Origin: Eledone cirrhosa
Taxonomy: Eukaryota
DNA length: 64,000 nucleotides
Assembly (NCBI GenBank): GCA_964016885.1
Contig: OZ024741.1
Span: 147,498,001-147,562,000 of the forward strand
Direction: 5' to 3'
A program made the position numbers and the translations under genes. The stretch's first letter is position 1. Each line of letters opens with the position of its first letter. Below are positions 1 to 12,712 of the stretch, piece by piece. Below the pieces are notes generated by a model. The model was given only the letters and a program-made list of their open reading frames with translations. It ran no database searches and was not told the origin of the DNA.

Positions 1-178
1 TCTTTTTTTGTGTCTTTACTGGACCCTCTTTCTGTTTCTCCATTGTGATCCTGCCTCTATTTGTACTCTTGTACTCCTGAAGAAGGCTTAAGCCCGACAC
101 GTCGAACTTTCTTTCCCCTTTCTAATATAAAACCGTGAAACTAATAAGACTTTTGTGCCTCTGTTTGTTGTCTCCTTG

Positions 179-180
<2 letters not shown>

Positions 181-248
<68 letters not shown>
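181..248. repeat. (TA)n microsatellite
   Basis: Perfect TA run of about 65 bp, followed by (ATC)n-like repeats. Confidence 0.95.
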
Positions 249-249
<1 letters not shown>

Positions 250-251
<2 letters not shown>

Positions 252-1020
252 CATCATCAACATCATCATCATCAACATCATCGCCGTTTGTGTTTGTGTT
301 AGACGAGTTCTCCCGTTGTGACTCAAGTCAGGTCAGATAGCTTGTCTTGCCCATACAGAACTGTTTCTGGTTTTGTTTCTACGTCTGGATACCCTTCCTA
401 CCGCCAACCACACTTACATTGTAGATTGGGTGCATTTTATCGTGGCACCAAACCGACCACTTTACAGTATGGACTGGGCGCTTGTTGTCGTAGCACCAAA
501 ATTACAATTTTACAATGTGGGCTGGGCGCACTTTGTCGTATCACCACTTTACAGTCTTGACTGTGTGCTTGGCACCATAACGGCCACTTTTTGTTGTGTC
601 ACCATCATGACCCTTTTACATATTGGATTGTATGCTTTTGCTATGACTCCATCACGACTATTTCGTCCACTTTATAGGATAGACTGGACGTTAACACGAC
701 CATACTATAGGGTGGACTGAGCGCTTTTGTCGTATCACCAACCCACCTACTCCACATAGCGGACTAGGCGCCTTCTGTTGTACCACCAACACACTCTATC
801 TACTGGGTGGGTTGGGTGCCTCCTGTCGTGTCACCAACATGACCACCTTACAGGGTGGACTGTGTGCTTATTTGTCATGTCCTCTGCACGACCATCTTGC
901 CGAGAGGTCTAGGTGCTCTCTTGTCATGGCATCAAGTTGAGCACCTTACATAATGGACTAGAGGCTTTTGTTGTGTCACCAGCAAGACCACCTTACAGGG
1001 TGGCCTGAGAGCTATTAGCC
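250..1020. repeat. Degenerate ~45-bp tandem repeat array within an (ATC)n-flanked interspersed repeat
   Basis: Recurring unit like ttgtcgtgtcaccaacacgaccaccttacagggtggactgggcgct. A related array with the same (atc)n start and ggatgcccttcct motif occurs at 43345-43760. Confidence 0.7.
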
Positions 1021-1067
1021 ATAAGCCATTTCAGCAGCATTGTGGGAGAGCGTGATCATCTTGCCAA

Positions 1068-1110
<43 letters not shown>

Positions 1111-1840
1111 ATATTGTTATATTTGAGGATGGTCATGTTGCCAGCAATCAGCAATGCCAATAAAAAAGAAACCCGCTATATGATTTTCATTTTTTCACTT
1201 TATTTTTTATTACTAGTTAGTTTATCAAACTTCTTTCGTCACATATTCTGTGACCTCCCCAATGACTAGCAGTTCTCTTCTGTGTCTCTTCTTCTTTCTG
1301 GTCTTAATGTGTTTCTCCATCTTGTCTTTTATTTTGAGGCGCATTTTTCGTGATTCGTGTGTGTGTTTTTGTGTTTGTCATGTCTATATGTGTTTTGTGT
1401 GTGTGTGTGTGGGTTTGAGTTTGTAGCTTTTAATAACTTGTAAGAAAAATGGAAACTCAAGAGAGGGAACACAGTTATATCAAACGTTGGTGAAATTAAT
1501 AAATTCTTCTCCAAACACAAACATAGAGGGCGTTATCTTATTTTTACATGCGAACATGGATTAGAATTATAATATATGTGTGTATGCATTTGTATGCGTT
1601 TCTGTATGCGTACGTGCTTATCTGTGTGTGCTTGTGGGCCTCTGTGTGTGTGTGTGTGTGTGTGCGTGTGTGTGTGTGTGTGTGCACGCGTCTGTGGAGA
1701 GGTGCCTCTGTGTATGGATGTGTGTGTGTGTAACACTATGAACAAGTATTTGAATTCAAAACATTTTCATTGAGTTACCAACCTACGTGAATTAAGAATC
1801 AAGAGTTTGGGTAGGTAGATAGGTAAGTTAGTTAGTAGGC

Positions 1841-1908
<68 letters not shown>
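1841..1908. repeat. (GATA)n tract forming the tail of a minus-strand Tx1 element
   Basis: Perfect GATA repeats directly abutting tttctttatt (minus-strand AATAAAGAAA). Confidence 0.95.
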
Positions 1909-1976
1909 TTCTTTATTTGCCACAAGGGCGCACAAGAAAAGGGGACAATACAAAGACACATGCCAGGGACTTTACA
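1909..1976 (-). mobile_element. Tx1-like retrotransposon 3' terminus (detached)
   Basis: Reverse complement matches the 3' UTR end of the copy at about 27496-27561, including AATAAA. Confidence 0.85.
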
Positions 1977-4519
1977 GTGGACGTGGACAAACCGCAGCGG
2001 GACATCTAGATGGTATTTAGATAGGTTCTTTATTAGAGAGAGAGAGACAGGATGTTAAACTGTCCACAAATGTACATCGTTGCCTATTCAGACCACAAAC
2101 TAGTCATCTGCATAGTCAACCATGATAGAATACATAGGCAAGGACCCAAATACTGGAAGCTGAACATGATGTTACCGACATGTAAAGCCTACAGTGAACG
2201 GATAAGTAGATTAGTTAAGCAACAGTTAACGGGAGCCATCGTCAACAATAGATGGTGATACTCTCTCAAGAGAGAAATTAGAGTAGAGTCGATAGCTTTT
2301 AGCAGAGAACTATCCTTAGAGAAAAACAAAACAGAAAGAGAACTAGTAGCCAAGGTAGAGGAGGCGCTTAGGAGTGGCAACGCGGCTAGAGTGCTAGCAG
2401 CGAGAACGGCACTGGACCAGTTATTCGATGCAAAACACGAAGGCTGCGTGGTCAGAAGTAAATCACGTGCTCTAGGAAACTAGGTAGCGAAAGCTGTTAG
2501 CTGTTAGCCGGAGTGGCAGAGGCGAAAAGTGGCAACAAGTCTACGATTCAGTCTTTGAAAGACCAAAACGGACGCATACTACGTGACTCCAAGCGGATGT
2601 GCGCGGCCTTTCAGCGGCACCTTGCGCATCTGTTCGAGTTGAGCGGCGGTGCGACGAACAGGGCAATGGACATCGGTTCATACCTCGACGGCCTGCCGCG
2701 ACTCTCAAGCATGGACGCCGAGTTCTGCGAAGACCGATCACAGCCACTGAGATACATGACGCTCTGGGCCGCTGCAAACGCACATCTCCCGGTCTAGATG
2801 GTCTACCCTATGAGTTTTACATAGGCATGCCGGACTTGTTCTCTGGCGTCCTCGAAGCCGTCTACTGCAACTGGCAGCAGAACGGGAGAATTCTCAGTTC
2901 TGCAGGCAGGGGCGTAGTAACGCTGATCAGGAAAGACGAGAAAAAGGGGGATGAACTAAGCAACTTTAGGCTCATAACTCTACTCAACACAGAGCTAAAG
3001 ATTTTGGTCAAGGTGTTAGAAATATTAGCGTCGAGAACCTGGTAGGAAAAGCGCAAACGTGTGCAATCCCGACTAGGTCCATACACGACAACCTCCACCT
3101 TATGCGATACATCATAGAGAGGGTAGGGTGTAAACCCGGCTTCGGTGGGGCTCTGATCAATTTAGATCAGTCTAAGGCGTTCCATGGCGTCGACCATCGA
3201 TACTTGGAAGCGGTTCTCAAGGCGGCCGGTTTCGGAACTGTCTTCAGAGGCTGGATCAAAGCAATGCACATCAACATCTGCTCGACGATCAAGGTGAACG
3301 GCTACCTATCAGAGCCGTTTGCAATCACGTGTTCCATCAAACAGGGATGCCCTCTCTCCTCCATTCTTTACATACTGACGCTAGAGCCGCTACTGCGGAA
3401 GTTGGAGCTTCTGCAGGGCATCCCGTTGGAACCGGGACTGCGGAAAGCGACGTCGGCTTATGCCGTCAACGTAACAGTAATGGTGTCGAAAACCTCGGAA
3501 ATCGGGGCGATTGCCAAATTACTGCAGGAATATGAAAGGCTCACAGGAGCAAAACTGAACCCGGACAAGTCCATCGGTTTGCAACTCGGAGCGTGGAGAG
3601 GCAAACCGATACCGTCCGACAGCGTCGTCGGACCGGTAAAATTGCTCGGGTTCTGGTTCGGTCCAGACCTCCAGGTGGAGAAAAACTGGAACGAGATCAC
3701 GGCCAAGGTATTTGCGCTCACTCAGAAGTGGGCAGAGTACAAACTATCCTTGAAAGGTCGAGCAGAGGTGGCGAACACTTTCATAGCGTCCGTCATCTAC
3801 TACCGCTTGACCGTCGTGCCTTGTCCCCGTGAACACCTCACCAAGATGGAACGTATGCTCTTCCAGTTCCTTTGGAAGAAGCAGGCTCCACTGGTGAGGA
3901 GATCCGTCTGCTATCAGCACCCTTCCAATGGAGGGCTTGGAATGCCGTGGCTGAAGATGCGCAAACATGCGCTGAGGCTACGGCATCTCCAGGTATTCCT
4001 CACCGACCAACCGGTGTGGGCACCGTTTGTGAGACAGGCCTTCCCACAACTTGTCTTGCTGAAGGAGCTGCAGTCCTGGGTCAAGCGGCGACCGAAGAAG
4101 ATGGGCGCCTGGCACATTGAATGCGCTCAGGCGCTCACAGTCTTCTGTCAAGCGGGCACAGCAATCAGTGGAGACTCCACTTCGGCATTCTATAGAGGTT
4201 TAGTACGTCACAAGGGCGACGACGTGCTCGGAGAGACTCTGGGCGTCGAAGACAACGAGCTCACCAGTCTGTTTGGTAGGACTTTCCGCCCGGGACACAT
4301 GGACAACTTCCAGAGGTCCCTGGCCTGGCAGTGCTACCGAGGAGCTCTACCCGTTCGAGACAAGATCCACAGGCACGGACGCCCCGGCAGGGATCCTTCC
4401 AAGAGGACGTGTCCAGGATCCGAGCAGGATATTGAAACCGTCTTGCACACAATTGTACACTTCCCGGGCGTAGCTGACCTGTGGAACTACGCAGAACAGT
4501 GGACGTGGACAAACCGCAG
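1974..4519 (+). mobile_element. Tx1/L1-clade non-LTR retrotransposon ORF2 segment (APE C-terminus, RT, C-terminal region), pseudogenised
   Basis: YSDH, GPKYWKLN, SPGLDGLPYEFY, NFRLITLLN, LDQSKAF, IKQGCPLS, degenerate YAVN for YADD, LSLKGRA. Multiple stops and frameshifts. Confidence 0.93.
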
Positions 4520-5118
4520 GGGGGAAGCGCCTCAAATGGGTTCTTTAATACCCCGTCGATAAAACAACCCTCAACTTCAGGAGCGTGTTGTGCAAGTACT
4601 CCTTTCTTCCTTTTGCTCGCTTCTTCAACCTACAGGCTTATAAACAGAGAAGGCCCAATCACTCGGGCCATTTTCGCTTCATTCACCCACCTTTCAGTAA
4701 ATTTACTGGGGTGCAGTGCCTCTCTCTCCACCCTGATTCTCCTTCTAAAGTGATACTTAAAGAACGGAATCAATTGTTGTCCGAAGAGAAAGGCATCTGT
4801 CCTCAGTCCTCTCAAACTCGTCCACCATATAACTTCTTTCACCATAGCCACCGTACAGAGGAAAAACCGCCTCTCTTTCGTTTTTGAAAGAGGCTGGCGG
4901 TTTGATCCTTACTATGGACTCGGCAGTCAACTGGATTTGTCCCATACGCGACAGCAGTTGTTCTGCATAGTTCCACAGGTCGGTTACGCCCGGGCAGTGT
5001 ACAATTGCGTGCAGGACTGTTTCAATGTCCTGCGCGCATCTTGGACACGTCCTCTTGGAAGGATCCCTGCCGGGGCGTCCGTGCCTGTAGAACTTGTCAC
5101 GAACCGGTAGAGCTCCTC
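4520..5118 (-). mobile_element. 5'-truncated Tx1 copy (ORF2 end plus part of 3' UTR)
   Basis: Near-identical to 26235-26850 and, in part, 26997-27435. Begins immediately after the GATA tail of the full-length copy. Confidence 0.9.
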
Positions 5119-5125
5119 GATAGAG

Positions 5126-5166
<41 letters not shown>

Positions 5167-5404
5167 TGTTTCTTTATTAGCCACAGGGGCACAAAAGAAG
5201 GGGACAAATACAAATGGGGAAGTTTACATACAATAAAAACGTGTAAAATGTTATCACAAATGCAATTTAAAAAGTTAGTCGATTTTCCCCAATGGGGGAG
5301 ACAGTTCATATGGGTAACACATACCCCCGAAAAAATGTGCAACCCTCAACTCCAGGAGTACGAAGAGTTTGTACTCCTTTCCTCTCCTCTTCCTTTTCCT
5401 CAAC

Positions 5405-8400
5405 CTACAGGCTGATATAGAGAGAAGTCCCATTCACTCGGGCCATTCTCGCCACTTTCACCCACCTTTCATAAAACTTGCTGGGGTACAGCACCTCTCT
5501 CTCCCTCCTGATTCTTCTTCCAAAGTAGTATTTGAAAAAAAGAATCAGTTGTTGGCCGGAGAGAAAGGTGCCTGACCTCAGCCCTTTCAACCTTGTCCAC
5601 GATACAACCTCTTTCGCCATAGCTATCACACAAAGGAAAACCGCCTCCCCTTCGTTTTTAAAGGAGGGTGGCGGTTTTATCATGACAATGGACTCGGTGG
5701 TCAACTGGATTGGTCCCACCCGCGACAATAGTCGTTCTACATAGCCCCACAGGTCTGGGACGCCCGGGCAGTGTATGAATGCGTGCGCGACGGTTTCTTC
5801 GTCTCGCACACACCTCGGACAGATCTTTGTTGCAGGGTACCTTCCCGGGAGCCCATGTCTGTAGAGCTTGTCTCGGACTGGTAGAGCTCCTCTGTAGCAC
5901 TGCCAGGCCAGGGACTTTTGGAAGTTGTCCATGGGTCCCGGGCGGAAGGTCCTACCGAACAGACTGGCCAGTTCATCTTCCTCTACGCCTAGAGTTTCAC
6001 CGAGCGCGTCGTCGCACTTGCTGCCGATCAACCCTCTATAGAATGACGAAGTGGAGTCTACACTGATCCCCGAGTCCGCCTGCCAGAGGGCTGTGAGCGC
6101 CTGAGCACATTCGATGTGCCAGTCGCCCATTTTCCTCGGTCTTTGCTTGACACAGGACTGGAGCTCGGTCAGCGAGACGAGTCGTGGGAAGGCTCGCCTC
6201 ACGAACGGGGCCCACGCCGGTTGTTCGGTGAGGAATACGTAGAGATGCCGCAGCCTGAGCGCGTGTTTGCGCATCATCAACCACGGCATCCCCAGCCCTC
6301 CGTTAGAAGGGTGTTGGCAGCAGATGGATCTTCTCACCAGAGGAGCCATCTTCTCACCAGAGGAGCCCGCCTCTTCCAAAGGAATTGGAAGAGCGCGCGC
6401 TCCATTTTGGTGAGCGTTTTGGCTGGACAAGGCACGACGGTCAAGCGGTAGTAGATGGCGGACGCTATAAAAGTGTTCGCCACCTCCGCTCGACCTTTCA
6501 AGGATAGTTTGCACTCGGCCCACTTCTGGGTGAGTGCAAACACCTTGGCCGTCACTTCGTTCCAGTTCTTCTCCACCTGGAGGTCCGGACCAAACCAGAC
6601 CCCGAGCAACTTTACCTGTCCTTCCGTTCAGCGTCCGACGACGCCATCGGAAGGCATCGGTTTGCCTCTCCGCGACCAGAGTTGCAAACCGATGGACTTG
6701 TCCCGGTTCAGCTTCGCTCCTGTGAAACTTTCGTATTCCTTCAGTAAGGTGCCGACTTCCTCGATTTGCGAGGCGCTCGACACCATTACTGTCACGTCGT
6801 CGGCGTAGGCCGACGCCGCTTTCCGCAGTCCCGGTTCCAGAGGGATGCCCTGCAATAGCTCCAACTTCCGCAGTAGTGGCTCGAGAGTCAGTACGTACAG
6901 AAGGGAGGAGAGAGGGCATCCCTGTCGAATGGATCGCGTAATATGGAACGGCTCCGAGAGGTAGCCGTTCACCTTGACCCTTGAGCAGATGTTGCTGTTG
7001 TGCATTGCAGCCTCTCTATGATGTATCGCATGAGGTGGAGGTTGTCGTGTATGGACCTGGTCGGGATTGCGCATGTCTGCGCTTCTCCCACCAGGTTCTC
7101 GACGACAAGCGCCAGCCTCTTTGCCAACACCTTGGCCAAAATCTGTAACTCTGTGTTTAGCAGAGTTATGGGCCGGAAGTTGCCTATGTCATCCCCCTTA
7201 TTCTCGTCCTTCCTGATTAGTGTGACCACGCCCCCGGTTACAGAACTGGGACTTCTCCCGTTCTGTTGCCAGTTACAGTAGACCGCTTCCAGGAGACCGG
7301 AGAATAAGTCCGGCATTGCTACGTAAAATTCGTAGGGTAGACCGTCGAGACCTGCAGATTTGCGTTTGCCGCATTGGCTCAGCGCGTCCCCTATCTCAGC
7401 GGCTGAAATCGGCTTTTCGCAGAACTTTGCCCCGCTGTCCGAGAGTCGCGGTAGGCCGTCGAGGTATGGACCGAAATCCATAGCCACTCCCAGCGCGCCG
7501 CCCCTCCCGAACAGTTGAGCAAAGTGCCGCTGAAAAGCCGCCAACATCTGCTTCCTCTCACGTATCACGCGTCCGTTTTGGTCCTTCAAAGACCGAATCG
7601 TGGACTTGTTGCCACTTTTTGCCTCCGTCACTCGGGCCCAGCTAACAGCTTTGGCTCCCTCGTTTCCGAGAACACGTATTTTGCTTCTGACGACGCAGCC
7701 CTCGTGCTTTGCGTCGAAGAACTGGTCCAAGGCCGTTCTCTTGGCTGGCTACGTTGCCACTTCTAATTGCCTCTTCTACTTTATCTACCAGTTCCTTCTC
7801 GGTTCTATTTCTATCTAACGCTAATTCTTTACTAAAAACTAACCAGTTTAATCTAACTGCCCTCTTGAGAGAGTACCACCATCTGTTGTTGACAATTGCC
7901 CCCGTCAAACGCTGCTTAACTAGTGTGTTAATCCGCTTACTGTAAGCTTTGTTTGTCGGTAATGACAAGTTTAGCTTCCAGTAACCGGGTCCCTGTCTAT
8001 GAGTTCTATCAAGGTTGACCACTCCGGTCAACAACTTGTGATCCGAATAGTCAACCATGAACATTCGTGGACAGCTTAATATGTCCCTATCCTTATTTCT
8101 AACTAGGAACCTATCTAGGTACGACCTGGATGTTCCACTGCGATTACTCCACGTCCACCGTGGCACAGTCGGAAAATCCAGTCGATATCTATCGGCCAGG
8201 TCAAATCGGTCGATTAACTGTTTGAGGCTGTTACACCTCCCATTATCGGGACATGCTCCCACATAGTCCCAACGTGCATCTAGGATTCCATTCCAGTCCC
8301 CCACTAAAAGCAAGGAGTGGAACGTTCCCAGAAAAGTCTCTAGACGTTTGAAGAAGTCTGGCCGCGGTGTCCCGGATGGGGCATATGCGGCAACCAGCCT

Positions 8401-8720
8401 GAAGGCTCCACCTTCACTACCGTCAACGTCTAGGACCACCAGTCGACCCTCCGGGTCCAGATGTACCGTCTGTGTTACGAGGCCCAGGTGTTTCCGCAGA
8501 AAAACGGCAACTCCGCCCCCACCCCCCGGTTGACAGAGAGATGCGTAGATCTCAAAGTCATCGAAGATGGGGGGGCCAGCTGTCGCTCGCTGTGGATCCT
8601 GGACTCGCAAATGGCTACCACATCCATACTGTGCGACCTGAGGTCGTTTAAGAGCTTGCCCTGTTTCCAGGGCATCCCCAGGCCGCGTACGTTCACACAT
8701 CCAACTCTTATATTGGCCAT
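5405..8720 (-). pseudogene. Tx1 ORF2: APE endonuclease plus reverse transcriptase (frameshifted, internal RT deletion near 7008)
   Basis: MANIRVGCVNVRGL, GDWN, SYLDRF, YSDH, GYWKLN, DGLPYEFY, RQGCPLS, YADD, CPRC..ETVAHAFIHC. The segment containing LDQSKAF is missing. Confidence 0.92.
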
Positions 8721-10741
8721 GTTGGTGCTGAAAAGTTAAAAGAGGAAAAGAGATCACTCACCCTTCGTCTCCTGGGGACCAGGCTGCAAGATTTCCATGG
8801 GGTGTTGGAGGGGTTGTCTGGGTGGATGGTGGTTTCCGGCGGGGTGGGGACGGAGATGTTTGGTGGGGTGGGGTCTGGTGGGATGGGGGTGTCTGAGGTG
8901 GGGAGACATTTGAGAAGGACGCGGTTAAGTGGTTTCACGCAGGAATTCCCCACATCCTTCTCAAATGTTTCTTTTAGGGACCTATAAGTTTGTATAGGGA
9001 CCCTAATCAGTTTCAGGTTCAGTTTTTTGTTATTTTTAATAGAGTGGGCGAAAGTTTTCCCTTCGGTTTTCACCGAAGGGTCGTTCGTGATGATCTCCAT
9101 TAGTGTTTTGTTTTCAGTGTTTATGTAAGTGTAAGTGTAATTTTTTTCTTTTGTGTTTGTTTTTGTCTGTAGTTCTTGTATGTGCTTTCGTTTTGTTGTA
9201 GGTATTTTGTTTTCAGGAGGCGGGGGTTTTGTTTGTGATGTTTTTGTTGTTTGTGTTGGTGGTTGTATGTTTGTGGTAGTGTTTGCAGGTTTTTGCTTTT
9301 GTGATGTCTTTTCTTTCTTTTCGAGCGATGGGGTTCTCCCTCGTCTTCACTGGGTGATGGCGAGATAGCCTCATCTGTTGTATCGTCTGTGTGATTGGGG
9401 AGGGGTATGTCTTGGGGAGCTGTTGTGTCTGTATGTGATTTTGCAGTGGTTTTAGGTGGAGTGGGGTTGGGTGGGACTGTGTTTGTTGTGGTTATTTTTG
9501 TGTGTTGGTGTTGTTGTGGTGGTGGTGGTGTTGGTGGTTGTGTTGTTTTGATGGGTGTCGGCAGAAGAGCCTTTTTTTTACTCATTAATTTAGGACAGGG
9601 AGCTCTCATGTGACCCCTGCTAAAGCAATGGTAACATGAAGGCCGCCTACCCTCAACCGAAAAGTTTATGCAGGTGAGTCCGTCCAGGAGTACACGTTGT
9701 AGGATCATAGCTATTCGCTCTGGGCTCATTAGCACCAGAACTTCAATGCTAGTTCTATTGAATACATCTCTGGGGGACTTTCCTACTGACAGTATTCTGT
9801 CTTCATCAAAATTGATGAAGCCGCACAGTATCCACCATATGTTCACCTTTGGTGTGACATTCGTGATTTTAATCTTTTGTGACCTTTTTCCCGTGTATGT
9901 AGGGAAAAAGGTATACAGGTTGGATATAATTGGCGACACAGAGTAATTTTGGGCCGTCAATTGATCCTTCATCAGTACCGAAATACTTCCAAAATGTTTG
10001 CTTCTTTGAATGAATGCAATATCATTCATTGAACTTTTGAAAACCAGTTCAATTTCTTTCTGTGACAATTGGACTGGTTTTCGGGTAGAATTGGAAACAG
10101 TCCTAAAACTATCGTTTTGAGAGCAGTTTCCTTGCGAATTTCTACCGGAGAATTGATGCTGAAAGCACCATTTTTTTCGAAAGTGACATCTCCTAGCGTC
10201 CTTTAAAAGTTGTTCGGCATTTGTTATGTCGAGATATGTCAGTTCCTCCTTTTTTTGAACTGTCTGTGCAAAGGAGATTTTTGGTTTCTTTGTGGAATTA
10301 TCCGTCTTGGTGGTGTTGTCATTAATGTTGTTATTCTTGTTGTTATTCTTGTTGTCACTGATATTTATATTATTCGTATTTTCCTTGGTGTTGGTGTTGG
10401 TGTTGTTGTTGTCTTTGATGCTGGTGTTATTGGTGTTGTCGTTATTGTTTTTCTTTGTTGTTGTTGTCATTGTTGTTTTTATCATCATTATTGGTGTTGT
10501 TGTTATTTTTGTTGTCATTGAACTGTTTGTTGTCATTTGTGTTGTTTGGATATGAATTTGTTTTTACATTTTCATTTCGTCTTTCCATCTCCATAGTATC
10601 TAGGGAAGAAGACGATGTTGACTGCGAGCTCTGTAGTCTTACCGATTCTCCACCATCATTATCGTTGAACGCAGCGTTCATAATGTAATCAAACTTTTTA
10701 CGAGGTATTTTCCAAAATTCGATGGAGAAAAAATTTTTCAA
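8708..10741 (-). pseudogene. Tx1 ORF1 (gag-like, zinc knuckle), frameshifted
   Basis: ORFs 10442-10741, 9121-10536 and 8708-9100. CYHCFSRGHMRAPC (CX2CX4HX4C), Asn/Thr-rich N-terminus, Pro/Thr-rich linker. Confidence 0.85.
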
Positions 10742-10903
10742 ACGAATATTTCGCCCCTGTAGGGGCGAAAATGATTTGACCCACCACCTGAAGGTCCAGA
10801 TGGGGGGTCAAGTTACACAATAATATAAAATTTAACTGAAAACTCACGTTTTTTTCTTACATAAATTAACGGAAACTTCTCCGCGAAGTTACACACGTCT
10901 GGT

Positions 10904-10907
10904 AGAG

Positions 10908-10938
<31 letters not shown>

Positions 10939-10939
10939 G

Positions 10940-11003
<64 letters not shown>
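10904..11003. repeat. (GATA)n tract
   Basis: About 100 bp of near-perfect GATA repeats. Confidence 0.95.
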
Positions 11004-11005
<2 letters not shown>

Positions 11006-11157
11006 GTTGACGTCGGAACGATTCTGCCATAATAGAATGTATGGCACTTGTCTTTGGTTATATACATTCTGTTGACCTCCTGAGTTCATTCACTTATATA
11101 CTTATCAATATGCACACGTATATTTATACATTATACATACTTATGCACCCGCGCACG

Positions 11158-11197
<40 letters not shown>

Positions 11198-11726
11198 CAT
11201 ATGTATGTATGTGAATGTATTTATTTGTGTATATACATAAATGTGTAGGCATGTAGGTAGGTATACATAAATATACATTTTTCTATTTTGTTATTTTTGG
11301 CATTATTGTACTTCTCAAAATTTTCCTTGATTTCATATTTCTTTCACGACTTCTCATCCCATTTCTTTATATTCTTTTTCATTTTCTTTTCTATTCACCC
11401 TCGCCCACTGAGAGAGAGTTAATGAGAGAAACAGAGGAGAGAAGAGAGAGAAATGGAGAGTGTTGTACTCCACCGAGTTGATATGTATCTGCCAGTGGAA
11501 AAGTGTTATTGTTTCGTATCCAACCGCAAACATTTCACCCTTTCTTTACCAAACTAACTGAAACTGCTCTTCGTTCCGCAATACAAAACTGTTTGTTTTA
11601 AAGTGTTTATGTTTATCTAAAATATTTTCATCATAATTTTGTGTAAGAAACCTTGTTACAAAATATCTACAAATTCTTGATTATTTTCAAATTTAATTGA
11701 AAATCATAGGCACCCACATATACGCG

Positions 11727-11755
11727 TGCACACACGCACGCGCGCACACACACAC

Positions 11756-11846
<91 letters not shown>
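11727..11846. repeat. (CA)n microsatellite
   Basis: Long CA run. Confidence 0.95.
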
Positions 11847-11847
<1 letters not shown>

Positions 11848-12379
11848 TAAAACCCACAGAAAAATGCACACGGGCACACACCGGACACATATACATACAA
11901 ATCATATAATGTTTAGGAAACAGTATATATTTTAAGGTGGGAAAGTTGTTATTTTTTTTACAGCCACCATTTCATAATTAGTAGAAGTGGAGTGAACATC
12001 TATCTAAGCAATCAATCATCGATTACTAACAATCGATTTTGATATAGCTCTAGAAGACGCGGCACTAATCGTCAGAGGAAATCGTCTTATAAGTTCCAAT
12101 AAAGTACAAAATACCTTTATATCTGTCATGTTCCGAGAAGTAGTCAATCCATACCTCGTGGTGTGAATTAATTTTTAACAGTGGTGGCAGATATAAATAG
12201 GACTGGACGTCGCGTCCGCTAGTAAGAGGTTCTATGACACAGCACAGTCAGCTCAACAAATTAAGAATTTTGAACAGATATATACTAATTTAAAGTATCA
12301 TAACATATATGATATGTATGATGAATATGTTTCTCAGCAGAAAAATTCAATAGACATTTGTCCAGAACATTAGTAATTC

Positions 12380-12640
12380 AAATTTAAAAACAAATATGCA
12401 TATAGCCATAATATATCACTAAAGAAACACATAGTATTTGTACATATATATATATATAAAGCATATAATATTTAGGAAATAGTTTATACTTTAAAGTGGA
12501 AAAGTTATAAGTAAAATAATAACTTTTCCACTTTAAAGTATATAGTTTCCTAAATATTATGCGCTTTATATATATATGTGTACACAATACTATATTTTCT
12601 CTAGTGATATATTATGGCTATATACATATTTTTTTAATTT
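12380..12640. repeat. Foldback/MITE-like palindrome with ~125-bp arms
   Basis: Left arm ...tatagccataatatatcacta...tactttaaagtggaaaagttat matches the reverse complement of ataacttttccactttaaagta...tagtgatatattatggctata. Spacer about 10 bp. Confidence 0.85.
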
Positions 12641-12712
12641 AGATTATTGATGCGCTGGACAAACGACCATTGAGCTTTTCTACTGAGAAACATATTCATC
12701 ATATATATTATA

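Larger units (their letters stand above)
5167..10903 (-). mobile_element. Full-length (decayed) Tx1-clade retrotransposon flanked on both sides by GATA repeats
   Basis: 5' UTR, ORF1 with CCHC knuckle, ORF2 with APE and RT, 3' UTR with AATAAA at 5173-5178. Tail 5119-5166 and upstream tract 10904-11003 are both GATA repeats. Confidence 0.95.

Noticed and set aside
141-340. ORFs with YIYI, THTH, CVCV or YLSI runs (here and throughout the window)
   Set aside because: They are translations of TA, CA and GATA microsatellites.
370-1020. CRISPR-like array
   Set aside because: Units are degenerate along their whole length with no constant repeat and unique spacers. The context is eukaryotic and there are no cas genes.
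5405-8720. Active Tx1 ORF2
   Set aside because: Frameshifts, a 20-bp tandem duplication at 6328-6367 and an RT deletion. No copy in the window is intact.
10812-10903. HDV-like ribozyme at Tx1 5' ends
   Set aside because: I could not build the nested double pseudoknot by eye. Only simple hairpins are evident.
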